A stretch of 64,000 bases of DNA from the IMG/VR virus record IMGVR_UViG_3300028042_000005, positions 1-64,000 of that record; one strand, written 5' to 3'. The translations under genes and the position numbers were made by a program. The DNA is from a virus. The notes beneath the pieces are model-generated. The model ran no database searches. It worked only from the letters and a program-made list of their open reading frames with translations, and was not told the origin of the DNA. Positions within the stretch are counted from its first letter, which is position 1. Each line of letters starts with the position of its first letter. Shown here in pieces: positions 54,597 to 62,694 of this stretch.

Positions 54597-55360
54597 TAGA
54601 ACGTTGATCCTGCTAGATCGTTGATTCCAGCAAGCAACGAGAATTCGTAAAAAACTTCTCGTATAGCTTGTTCGTTTGGCTTCTTTGGCAATGGAGATTT
54701 CGCGGAGAGCTTTGAAATCTCTCTCATGTTGTCCTGAATGATAGACATGGTGTCGTCGTGAGAGACTTCCCCATTTCGAATTTTGGATAGAATGTCTCCA
54801 TTACCAGAGACGGAGAACGCCCCACGCTTGAGCATGGATCGCAGGTTTTCGGACAGCCGAACAATTGTCGAAAGAACCTTCAACGTTTTAGACTTCTCGT
54901 AATTCTCTTTCCCATGCTTCAATCTTTTGAGTTCTGCGTTGATATACCCATGGTAGCAGGACTTTACGTTCATAGTCACGAATAACTGAGCGTTTGTTCT
55001 GATGACTTCGATTGCGTCTTCAGGGACGCTATGGCGTTCTTTCATCAACCCTTCTTCAGCGCCGGCCCCCTCCAGCATCTCCATCAAAAGTTCCATGGCT
55101 TCCGGAGACCCTTTGGTCCAAAGCTTGAACATAGAAGAAACATCATGAACGCAAACATCAAGCTTTTGTGTTTCTAAAAACAGATCTTTGAAATAATCCG
55201 AAGACCGAATCGTTCTAAACTTTGAACGCAGTGGATCGATCATTTCTGAGATTGTCGGAACGTAAAAGCCCCGAATGTCAATATCAGAGTCTGGTGCTGC
55301 ACAACCGTACGCGCGAGAGCCCATAACACGAACATAGGATTCTGTATCTTCGAACTTCAT
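54596..55360 (-). CDS. Pol-beta superfamily nucleotidyltransferase (RlaP/PF10127-like), 254 aa
   Basis: MGSRAYGCAAPDSDIDIRGFYVP matches GSxxYG...DSDxDxxG. Confidence 0.6.
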   Translation of the reverse strand: MKFEDTESYVRVMGSRAYGCAAPDSDIDIRGFYVPTISEMIDPLRSKFRTIRSSDYFKDLFLETQKLDVCVHDVSSMFKLWTKGSPEAMELLMEMLEGAGAEEGLMKERHSVPEDAIEVIRTNAQLFVTMNVKSCYHGYINAELKRLKHGKENYEKSKTLKVLSTIVRLSENLRSMLKRGAFSVSGNGDILSKIRNGEVSHDDTMSIIQDNMREISKLSAKSPLPKKPNEQAIREVFYEFSLLAGINDLAGSTF

Positions 55361-55363
55361 GTG

Positions 55364-55846
55364 CTACGCCTCAAAATTCACAGAGTCAAGGTTATATGTT
55401 TCAAATCCAACAAAGTAGGAGCCATTCTTTTTTGCCGAGTCTTCACGATGGTCCATGTACTTTTTAAGCTCCGACTTCGATAGCAAGCCAAATTCCATCT
55501 CCTCGCCATCAAACGTAATGATGTAATCGTACGACTCCATCTGGAATTGTTCCATGAGACCAAGGTTATTAACAACACGAAGCTCCCAGCTATGCCATTC
55601 ATACTCCTCTGGCTGGTCAATCCCAAACAGACAGTGACCAAGTTCATGAATTAAAGCCGTCGCCTGTGATACAGTTTTTTCATAGAAGATCTTATTATTC
55701 TGAATCATGTAGCTATCGAACGGACAGACCCCAACCTCCCTACGATCGAGAGACCTGTTCGGAACTTCGACGGCTATGATTCCAAGACTTTCTAGCATAG
55801 GGTTCAAAAGTTTATGAACCTCCTGAACGGATATCTTTTTCGTCAT
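55364..55846 (-). CDS. HExxH zinc-metallopeptidase, ImmA/IrrE (DUF955)-like (160 aa)
   Basis: ATALIHELGHCLFG. Small size and a location at the regulatory boundary. Confidence 0.4.
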   Translation of the reverse strand: MTKKISVQEVHKLLNPMLESLGIIAVEVPNRSLDRREVGVCPFDSYMIQNNKIFYEKTVSQATALIHELGHCLFGIDQPEEYEWHSWELRVVNNLGLMEQFQMESYDYIITFDGEEMEFGLLSKSELKKYMDHREDSAKKNGSYFVGFETYNLDSVNFEA

Positions 55847-56064
55847 TCTACTGCCCCAAACCAGACCTGGTCAAAATTCTGAAAAGCTTCTTGTGGGGAG
55901 GCTCCATATCCGCGGACGTCGCCGAATACGGCGATCCAAACGTTTTTGCCTCTTTGAATTTCTGGACGGTAAAGCGTTGACGGAGCAGTTTCGATATCGA
56001 GCCTTTGACGCGCGATGCTGCGCAACGTTGCAGCAAGGCCGCTGGAGTCCGAAGGATTTAGCAT
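55843..56064 (-). CDS. Small protein (73 aa), possibly a HicB-like fold
   Basis: NVWIAVFGDVRGYGASPQEAFQNF resembles the HicB/UPF0150 pattern. It is the first gene of the minus operon and overlaps the peptidase gene by ATGA. Confidence 0.3.
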   Translation of the reverse strand: MLNPSDSSGLAATLRSIARQRLDIETAPSTLYRPEIQRGKNVWIAVFGDVRGYGASPQEAFQNFDQVWFGAVE

Positions 56065-56127
56065 GATCCAACTCTACGAAACTTGAACTTCTTTGTCAAG
56101 GACTCCGTCTTCTATGCTGGGGAAGAA

Positions 56128-56156
56128 TTGACTGCCGAACCCCATTCAGCTAGGTT
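56128..56156 (+). promoter_or_regulatory. Candidate promoter TTGACT-N17-TAGGTT ending 6 nt before the ATG (a leaderless or near-leaderless transcript)
   Basis: ttgact at 56128-56133, a 17-nt spacer, taggtt at 56151-56156, and ATG at 56163. No SD is possible in the remaining 6 nt. Confidence 0.3.
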
Positions 56157-56162
56157 TGTTTC

Positions 56163-56441
56163 ATGGACGCAATCGAAATCGGTCAGGCAACTCAAGAACT
56201 CCGGGACTCAGAACTCCGGGTTTGGTTGCAGTTTCACGCCATCCGCCTTCCGTATCGTGGCAACTACTCAAAACTGGCACGAAAATTGCCTGGGGGGAAA
56301 TGCCGAGTCGCCATCCGTGACTCTGTCGAGGGACTTCGACTCAAAGGGTATCTTGAGTTCGAGAAGGGCCCTGACGGCCGTCCAGTTATTTCTTTAATAA
56401 AAAGGCTTGATGTCTCCCAGGGAGCTTATTCAAGATTCTGA
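56163..56441 (+). CDS. Putative winged-helix DNA-binding regulator (92 aa)
   Basis: NYSKLARKLPGGKCRVAIRDSVEGLRLKGYLEF has a wHTH-like layout. It is divergent from the minus-strand operon. Confidence 0.35.
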   Translation: MDAIEIGQATQELRDSELRVWLQFHAIRLPYRGNYSKLARKLPGGKCRVAIRDSVEGLRLKGYLEFEKGPDGRPVISLIKRLDVSQGAYSRF

Positions 56442-56709
56442 GGAGCCTCTGAGGAGGTCATGTTCAATATCGCTCGTTCTTCCGCGTCTCTCAAGTTATT
56501 TTGATGTGTGTTTGTGTGGGTAAGTTCTGGGAGTTCGATACTCTCCACGAATTTACAATTGCCACAAAACGACCGCCACGGTATGCTGGGAGGTCCTTTA
56601 GGGTGAACAGTCTCAAACCGTGACAAAACCATGACAAAAAAAATCAGAGAAAAAGCGCTCAAAATACGTAATTGTATATGTCACATATGCTGAAACAAAC
56701 ATCTATCCT

Positions 56710-56821
56710 TCGCTTACGCTCAGGTTTAACCAATTTAAATTTAACTTGATCTTAATTAAGTTGGTTAATAGAAACTCTTTAGAGTTTCGTTGGATCCAAA
56801 CACAATTAGATCCAAACACAA
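56710..56821. promoter_or_regulatory. Regulatory/origin-like cluster: inverted TCGCTTACGCTCA box, ACTTGATCTTAA 12-mer, palindrome GAAACTC-ttta-GAGTTTC, and 2x GATCCAAACACAA direct repeats
   Basis: 56710-56722, 56744-56755, 56771-56788, and 56793-56805 plus 56809-56821. The cluster lies upstream of the replication operon. Confidence 0.45.
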
Positions 56822-56908
56822 ATTGCTCAGACGGAGATCTGATGTCGGCGGAGATGTTTTTTGACGAGTTTTCAGATTTCAGTTGAACTTGGGACGGGAT
56901 TGGATAAA

Positions 56909-57625
56909 ATGCCGAGAATGAATTCACTTCAAAAGTTGGACTTTGGCCTGATTCAGTCTGGCTCCAAAAGATTTCCCAGCATTTTCGACTTTTCTCGAAG
57001 TCGTTCAAAAGAGCGTCTTGAGGAGTTGCTTGAAGAACTTAACGACAGCACTCAAACCCAGCTCAAAGCTGGGAAGGGTCCTCTGACATACGAGGAGGCT
57101 CATAGGGTTTATTCGAATTGGAGATACCAGGTTGATTCTGCGAAGGGGCTTCCTGGCAACTTCGCTAGGTTTCGTTCTCCTAAGCACGTGAACGCAATTC
57201 GATCATGGACTTTGGCGCTCCTGAAAGTTGGAGCGACCCCCGTTGAATATCTCCAGCAATTTACCGAACAGATTGCGAGGATGCAAAAACAAAACTCTGG
57301 CTATGGCAATCCATGCTATGCCTTCGCAGATTCAACGTCGAGAGACGTCTTTTTGAAGCTCTCTTCGCGAAAGAAAAAGCTTGCCGGAGCTGGACACTCT
57401 CCCAGCAACTACGAGGCTCCGTCCGGCCTTGACCCAGCGGTTCGAGAAGCCTGCTCACGCGTCCCTGAGTTTCCAATTAAAGATTGGAGCGACAAGGACT
57501 TGCTTTCGATAATTGATTACGCTAGGATGGTCCTAGACGGCTCTCCCATTTTCGTCGAGCATGATTACGTTAGGCGGGCCGCGGAGGAAGTTTCAAAAGT
57601 TTTGAAAGAAGGGAGTCGGGGGTGA
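56909..57625 (+). CDS. Hypothetical protein (238 aa); possible replication initiator/organiser by position
   Basis: It lies directly upstream of, and is coupled to, the DnaC-like loader gene. No motif recognised. Confidence 0.4.
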   Translation: MPRMNSLQKLDFGLIQSGSKRFPSIFDFSRSRSKERLEELLEELNDSTQTQLKAGKGPLTYEEAHRVYSNWRYQVDSAKGLPGNFARFRSPKHVNAIRSWTLALLKVGATPVEYLQQFTEQIARMQKQNSGYGNPCYAFADSTSRDVFLKLSSRKKKLAGAGHSPSNYEAPSGLDPAVREACSRVPEFPIKDWSDKDLLSIIDYARMVLDGSPIFVEHDYVRRAAEEVSKVLKEGSRG

Positions 57626-58392
57626 GATCTATAGAAGATATTCAGGGGTTCAAAGACTCCTTATCGAGAAAACTCGCGAAGTCATGTGAACATGCTGGGC
57701 CTCTCCCAGCGCAAAGAACCCTCTCAGCGAGGGACTCAATGTGCTCTTGTAAAAAGGAGTGGTTAATCCAGTCAAAGGCGTTTGAAGCTTGTGTTCCCAG
57801 AAAATTCTGGAACTCAACAGCAAGGGATATTTTTCACAACGGACCCGTTTACAATGGCGTCATTGTGAAATTTCAGGAGAACTTAAGCACCGCTTTTGAT
57901 ACCGGTGCCGGGTTGTTTCTTCATGGCCCGAACGGATGTGGGAAAACAATGTTCTTGAGTATGCTGATGATGTATTGTATTCGGAACACAAAGCTGTCGT
58001 GCTACTATACGACGGCACTACAACTTGATCATGATATCAAAAGCACGTTCGGGAATTCCAAAGCCGCAGAAGAGAGAGGTCGAAGAATAGAGAGAATGGT
58101 AAAGTCCAGAATTTTTGTGCTTGATGAGCTGGGGAAAGAAAGGTTCAAGGGAGGAGATTCTTACACGAGAACAAAGCTTGAACTCTTCTTGAGGAACAGA
58201 GAGGAAGAGAAGTTTCCGATTCTGATCGCAAGTAACAAAACTCCAAAGTCTCTTCGACAGTCCGTTGAAGATGGTGGATATGGGGAAACTTTTGGATCTA
58301 TAATTGATGGTTCGTGCTTGGCAGTGCCAATGCTTCCTGGAGATCAGAGAGCTAGACAGGGAAAAGAACTGAGAAAGAAGATGGGATACTGA
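57622..58392 (+). CDS. DnaC/IstB-like AAA+ helicase loader (256 aa)
   Basis: Walker A HGPNGCGKT and Walker B IFVLDELGKE. The GTG start overlaps the upstream TGA. Confidence 0.65.
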   Translation: MRSIEDIQGFKDSLSRKLAKSCEHAGPLPAQRTLSARDSMCSCKKEWLIQSKAFEACVPRKFWNSTARDIFHNGPVYNGVIVKFQENLSTAFDTGAGLFLHGPNGCGKTMFLSMLMMYCIRNTKLSCYYTTALQLDHDIKSTFGNSKAAEERGRRIERMVKSRIFVLDELGKERFKGGDSYTRTKLELFLRNREEEKFPILIASNKTPKSLRQSVEDGGYGETFGSIIDGSCLAVPMLPGDQRARQGKELRKKMGY

Positions 58393-58422
58393 TGAGACAA
58401 GAAGCTCAAGAAAAGGTGATTC

Positions 58423-58716
58423 GTGGGGTATAATAAAGAGTACGCATTTTCACTCTCCAGCAATGGAGTTATTTACGATTTTAAAGTTCTTCGATTCGAA
58501 GAGGATCTTGTTCACTTCGCATCTCGCTACGATTCGTTTACACCTATTGAGTGCATAGTAATTCTTTACGAGGGATCGTGGGAAATTTCGTCAGTCGCTC
58601 CGAAGATTGACCAGAGCTTGAGACTAGATATTTTGGAATTCTTCGAAAAGAACGACTCTCCTTGGGATCTGGAAGAAGATCAGATAGAGTATTGTTGTGA
58701 TTGTAATTTTGTTTAG
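58423..58716 (+). CDS. Hypothetical protein (97 aa)
   Basis: GTG start preceded by aaggtga. Confidence 0.45.
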   Translation: MGYNKEYAFSLSSNGVIYDFKVLRFEEDLVHFASRYDSFTPIECIVILYEGSWEISSVAPKIDQSLRLDILEFFEKNDSPWDLEEDQIEYCCDCNFV

Positions 58717-58727
58717 CAGGTAGAGAG

Positions 58728-59069
58728 ATGTATAACGAAGAATACTCATTTTACGTCGATTATGTCATTCAACAACAAACGATGAGCATAGAAAAGTTTT
58801 ATGTTGATCATTTTTCGTATGACCTTCTCGAATTTCATAGCGCCGACTATTGGGGAAAGGCGAAGTTTGTTGATGACACATGGGTTGTTGATTTGAACTG
58901 TGAGCATGATTACGACAAACGCCTCACTCTAATAAAGAAGTCTCTTGTTGAGAAAATTCAGGAGTTTGGAATTCCTAGCGAAGATAATATCCTTCGTTCC
59001 AGAGAGCTTGCTCGTACTCAATTTGAAGATGGAGATAACTGGGAATGTTGCCACGAGAAAAACTCATGA
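58728..59069 (+). CDS. Hypothetical protein (113 aa)
   Basis: Complete ORF with an SD-like ggtagagag. Its layout loosely resembles the previous gene (YSF...DLxxFxS...W.V), so the two may be distant paralogs. Confidence 0.45.
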   Translation: MYNEEYSFYVDYVIQQQTMSIEKFYVDHFSYDLLEFHSADYWGKAKFVDDTWVVDLNCEHDYDKRLTLIKKSLVEKIQEFGIPSEDNILRSRELARTQFEDGDNWECCHEKNS

Positions 59070-59263
59070 TTCGTCCCGTTCAAGAAAATGCACAGACCGG
59101 TGATTTTGTCGTGGAGCTGCAAGAGGAACAGGCAGATTGCACTTGTATAGGAACTCTGGGGGTTCACTCCGAGTTCTTTTACGATCCTGATGGGGGCTTT
59201 TGTGAGTGGTGTGGAGAGAGCCCGAAAGTTCACCTTGTTTTTGAGGCCGCAAAGAACCCATGA
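59066..59263 (+). CDS. Small Cys-containing protein (65 aa)
   Basis: ATGA overlap with the upstream gene. It contains CTC...CEWC. Confidence 0.4.
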   Translation: MIRPVQENAQTGDFVVELQEEQADCTCIGTLGVHSEFFYDPDGGFCEWCGESPKVHLVFEAAKNP

Positions 59264-59706
59264 TTCGCTTCATTCAAAACGGCAACATTTTTGAATCTAA
59301 AGCTGATATTCTACTGAACCCCGTGAACTGCGTCGGCGTTATGGGAAAGGGGTTGGCTTTGGAGTTCAAAAAGAGCTATCCAAGCGTTTTCTCGGAGTAC
59401 AAAAAGCTTTGCGAAAGCAAAAAGATGCGTCTCGGAGATCCGGTTATTGTGGAAAATGTTTGTTTGTTTCCAACTAAGCTTCACTGGAGAGATCCGTCTT
59501 ATTTGAATGACATTGATATCGGTCTCAAAAATCTTGCAGAAGTTTTGCAGGACTGTGGCTTGAAAAGTGTCGCGATCCCAGCGTTGGGATGTGGTCTCGG
59601 AGGACTAAAGTACGAGGAAGTTCTTTCTGTTGTGTTGCTACGAACCTTGCCGCTGAGTCGAGATGGTTTTGATATCGAAATCTACATGCCTCTGGAGAAT
59701 CAATGA
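59260..59706 (+). CDS. Macro-domain protein (ADP-ribose binding/hydrolase), 148 aa
   Basis: ADILLNPVNCVGVMGKGLALEF and IPALGCGLGGL are the two hallmark Macro-domain loops. Confidence 0.7.
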   Translation: MIRFIQNGNIFESKADILLNPVNCVGVMGKGLALEFKKSYPSVFSEYKKLCESKKMRLGDPVIVENVCLFPTKLHWRDPSYLNDIDIGLKNLAEVLQDCGLKSVAIPALGCGLGGLKYEEVLSVVLLRTLPLSRDGFDIEIYMPLENQ

Positions 59707-61064
59707 CAGAAGTAGACTTCGCACCAGAGTTCCAAGCGGATGTGCTTTCTGTCCTCTTGACGAACAAGGAGAGATTTAAGACCGCTCGTTCTTTTGTTTC
59801 GGCCGATACATTCACTATTCCAGAATGCAAATGGATTTACGAACACGCACTGTCTGTGTTTGACTCCTCTGGAGATTTGCCGACGAGCGGCTTGGTTGCT
59901 CAAGAGGCGACGTCGTCTTTTGGAGATGGCGAGTTCGAACATTTGATTGCTGTGCATCATGATTTGATGCAAGGTCGCTCCGCTCCGAAGGAGATTATGT
60001 CCTCGGCCGCAAGGTTCTCCGAGGACGCGAGCTACAGAGCCGTTGCTAGAAAGCACGATAAGCTCGTCGAGCTGGGAAAGTTTTCGGAAGCTAGAGAACT
60101 GATGGAGAGTCAGTCTTGGAAGATTGTCGGACCTTCTCAAGAAGAAAGGCGCGTAATTCTCGGTTATAACGATATAGAAAAGGTCCTCGACAGAGCCAAA
60201 GCTCGCAGAGACGATCCAGAAGCGTTCAAGTTCTCTACAGGGATTAGAGAGCTTGACGCTCTGATGAAGGGTGGCTACAGGCGCCAGCACATGCTCATGA
60301 TTCTGGGATGGACGGGGAGAGGTAAGAGTACTGTATCTGTCAATATGGCTAGTACCAACGTCAAGAGGGGTCATAAGGGCATCTATATCTCTTCGGAAAT
60401 GACGGTTGACGAGATTTTCGTGAAGATGATTGCACGTGAGACGATGACGGCATACGATCTTATTTATGAGTACTCTTTCGATAAAACTCAGGAGGGGGAA
60501 TTTCTGAAACTCCTGAATCATAAAGTTCAGAGTTATAAGGATCTCCTTGTTGTCGAACAAACTGGAATCTATGGAACAAACAGAGCGTCTCTGATAGACG
60601 CTATGGATCGTGCAGCTGACTTTTTCGGAGAAGAAGCCTCTTGGGTTGTGTTCGATACTCTAAGCCATTGTGAGACGGACAAATACAAAGACGCACATAA
60701 AGGGGCCGCTGATAACTTGAACTGGTGTAAGTCACAATTGGAAGAGCGGGACGCGGCTGGGATTGTAACCGCTCAAGCAAACAGAGATGGTGCGGTAAAA
60801 ACTGACGAGAGCAATGTAGCCGACACAATTGAGGGAGCTAGAGTTGCGCAGTGGATTGTTGCTGTAAATGATCCGGATGAGAACAATTTGCCGGACGCAC
60901 ATGCAAGCATCGACGACCTCCTCCAGCCTCCTGACTTCTATCAGGGAAAGGTTCTTTCGCTTTTGAAAGCAAGATTCGGTAGGACAGGGGATGTTCCAGT
61001 ATCCACAAACTTGGAATGCTCCTTTGTTGGAGATCTCTACATTGAAAACAACGTGCGCGGTTGA
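59703..61064 (+). CDS. dnaB: Replicative DNA helicase (DnaB family), 453 aa
   Basis: TGIRELDALMKGGYRRQHMLMILGWTGRGKST (Walker A), YISSEM, VVFDTLSH and TAQANR are DnaB C-terminal RecA-fold blocks. Confidence 0.75.
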   Translation: MTEVDFAPEFQADVLSVLLTNKERFKTARSFVSADTFTIPECKWIYEHALSVFDSSGDLPTSGLVAQEATSSFGDGEFEHLIAVHHDLMQGRSAPKEIMSSAARFSEDASYRAVARKHDKLVELGKFSEARELMESQSWKIVGPSQEERRVILGYNDIEKVLDRAKARRDDPEAFKFSTGIRELDALMKGGYRRQHMLMILGWTGRGKSTVSVNMASTNVKRGHKGIYISSEMTVDEIFVKMIARETMTAYDLIYEYSFDKTQEGEFLKLLNHKVQSYKDLLVVEQTGIYGTNRASLIDAMDRAADFFGEEASWVVFDTLSHCETDKYKDAHKGAADNLNWCKSQLEERDAAGIVTAQANRDGAVKTDESNVADTIEGARVAQWIVAVNDPDENNLPDAHASIDDLLQPPDFYQGKVLSLLKARFGRTGDVPVSTNLECSFVGDLYIENNVRG

Positions 61065-61096
61065 GGGCGCTTACATTGAACTCTTGGGGCGATAGA

Positions 61097-61321
61097 ATGA
61101 AAGACATAGGAATCACAAAAGAGGCTCTCGAAACCATCGTATCCAGAGGTTATGACTTTTACCTCGATGATTCCCTTCCAGAAGATATCGTAGGTCTTTC
61201 AAAGATTTCTAATCTTTTTAAAAACTGGAAAGACTTTGTTGCTGCAAAAGATAAGCTTGATGGTTCCATGGAATCCGCATGCAAACACCATGGTGTCGTA
61301 CTTAGCGACCCCAAGGAATGA
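61097..61321 (+). CDS. Hypothetical protein (74 aa; an alternative TTG start at 61061 overlaps the dnaB stop)
   Basis: Complete ORF. The start is ambiguous. Confidence 0.4.
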   Translation: MKDIGITKEALETIVSRGYDFYLDDSLPEDIVGLSKISNLFKNWKDFVAAKDKLDGSMESACKHHGVVLSDPKE

Positions 61322-61620
61322 AATTTTTGGACTCGATCGAGATTAAAAAAGCCACAATCGTAGAAAAAAACGGATTGGACTATGTTGTGTTAGAGCTTCG
61401 CGAGTCTTTTTCCATGCGGGAGCACGGCATCTCCGAGAAGGAAAATTATGTGACGTTCATTGCGGAATGTGGGTGTGGAGAGAAATGGGTCAACGAGATG
61501 TTGCCCGAAACTTCTTATGATGTGGCTTCTGAAGTTCTTGGATACACAAAGACCGTGAAGAAGACGACGAAACTAGAACACCGTGTTTCAATCAAATTCC
61601 GCAAGGATCGTCCAGCATGA
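61318..61620 (+). CDS. Hypothetical protein (100 aa)
   Basis: ATGA overlap with the upstream gene. Confidence 0.45.
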   Translation: MKFLDSIEIKKATIVEKNGLDYVVLELRESFSMREHGISEKENYVTFIAECGCGEKWVNEMLPETSYDVASEVLGYTKTVKKTTKLEHRVSIKFRKDRPA

Positions 61621-61856
61621 ATGGAAAAGAAATTGCGGCTGAGGCTTTAGAAAAGATTCTAGAAGGAAAGTCAACTTGCTGGGAGGAGGATTACTTCACA
61701 TTCTTTAATTCCCAATTTAGAATCTTCGGTCTTGATAAAAATTCAAAGGCGACCAAGCTTTGGAACGACCTATCTATTGCGTATCAAGACCTCCGCGAAA
61801 CGATTGATGAAGCTTGTGAACTTCACAATATGGATTTTGACGATTTTCGTCCCTAA
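61617..61856 (+). CDS. Hypothetical protein (79 aa)
   Basis: ATGA overlap with the upstream gene. Confidence 0.45.
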   Translation: MNGKEIAAEALEKILEGKSTCWEEDYFTFFNSQFRIFGLDKNSKATKLWNDLSIAYQDLRETIDEACELHNMDFDDFRP

Positions 61857-61892
61857 GCTTGCTCTTCATTCCGCCTTTTTGTATAGTGATTG

Positions 61893-61966
61893 TGTCCCGT
61901 GGCGAAATGGTGAACGCAGCGATCTTATAAGTCGTGCATATGTGGGTTCGAACCCCACCGGGACGA
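61893..61966 (+). tRNA. tRNA with anticodon TAT (would read AUA, Ile); no encoded CCA
   Basis: Manual cloverleaf fold. Acceptor: TGTCCCG / CGGGACG (U1:G72). Also present: U8 and a D-arm GCGA...ACGC. Anticodon stem: GCGAT / GTCGT, with loop CTTATAA. T-arm: GTGGG-TTCGAAC-CCCAC, a perfect match to the canonical form. The variable loop is 6 nt. Confidence 0.6.
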
Positions 61967-62020
61967 TATAACAAAGAGGAAAGTAAATGAAGAAAAAAAA
62001 ACGATGTTTTGGAGTTTCAA

Positions 62021-62632
62021 ATGAATGAACGTGTTTGCCGGGAGCAACAAAGATTTTGGGACTCATATCTTGATGTTGTGGACACCATTTACTTGGACTT
62101 AGACGACACGCTCGTTGATCTCACCGGAGTCCTTCTTCAGAAATTTGGCCACGAAGAGAGCGAAAGGTCAAAAATCACAAGCTACAACCTCGCTCCAGTA
62201 ATTGGCAGGTACAGAAGCGAAGTTCAATTCTGGGAAGACGTTTCAAGGTTTGGAATTGACCTTTGGGCGGACCTGCAGCCAACTACACATGGAAAGGTTC
62301 TTTTGGATTTTTGTAAGACCCTTGAGAAGGAGCGCGGGATCAAATGGCAGATCGTCACGGCTCTCGTGCCACAAGAGCATGGGGAATGCGCGAAGGTCTC
62401 TGCAGCAGGGAAAGTTGCCTGGGCGATTAACCAAAATCTTCTAGACAGGCTCTGTATTTGCACAAACAAAAGCGCCCATGCGGCTCCGACAAAGCTATTG
62501 ATTGATGATCGTCAAGAGAGCGTGGAATCTTTTAGAAAAGCTGGAGGGCTAGCCTTGACATTCCCCCAGCCATGGAATACAGGGACGACTGTAAAGCAGC
62601 TCTATGATGACATCCACGCACCTCGATGGTGA
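62021..62632 (+). CDS. HAD-superfamily 5'(3')-deoxyribonucleotidase-like protein (203 aa)
   Basis: Motif I DLDDTLVDL (DxDxT). Size and layout resemble NT5C-type phage nucleotidases. Confidence 0.5.
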   Translation: MNERVCREQQRFWDSYLDVVDTIYLDLDDTLVDLTGVLLQKFGHEESERSKITSYNLAPVIGRYRSEVQFWEDVSRFGIDLWADLQPTTHGKVLLDFCKTLEKERGIKWQIVTALVPQEHGECAKVSAAGKVAWAINQNLLDRLCICTNKSAHAAPTKLLIDDRQESVESFRKAGGLALTFPQPWNTGTTVKQLYDDIHAPRW

Positions 62633-62639
62633 AGAATGG

Positions 62640-62667
62640 GCCCGCACAGAAATGTGTGGGCTTTTTC
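62640..62667 (+). terminator. Rho-independent terminator
   Basis: GCCCGCACA / TGTGTGGGC stem (one G:U pair) followed by TTTTT. Confidence 0.6.
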
Positions 62668-62694
62668 GTTTTGTAGCCTTGACTACGCTTCCTC

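Noticed and set aside
56426-56662. 78-aa minus-strand ORF (TTG start) between the wHTH gene and the replication-operon regulatory region
   Set aside because: It has a non-ATG start, no SD and an odd composition (THTNTHQ, from a CA/GT-rich tract), and it overlaps the wHTH gene end. A divergent small gene here remains possible, but I cannot support it from sequence.
6947-56821. Interpreting the inverted or shared intergenic elements as attL/attR or as boundaries of an invertible segment
   Set aside because: The shared pieces are short (10-19 bp), partly direct and partly inverted. They lie inside promoter-like regions, and no integrase or invertase gene is present in the window. Operator or regulatory sites are the simpler explanation.
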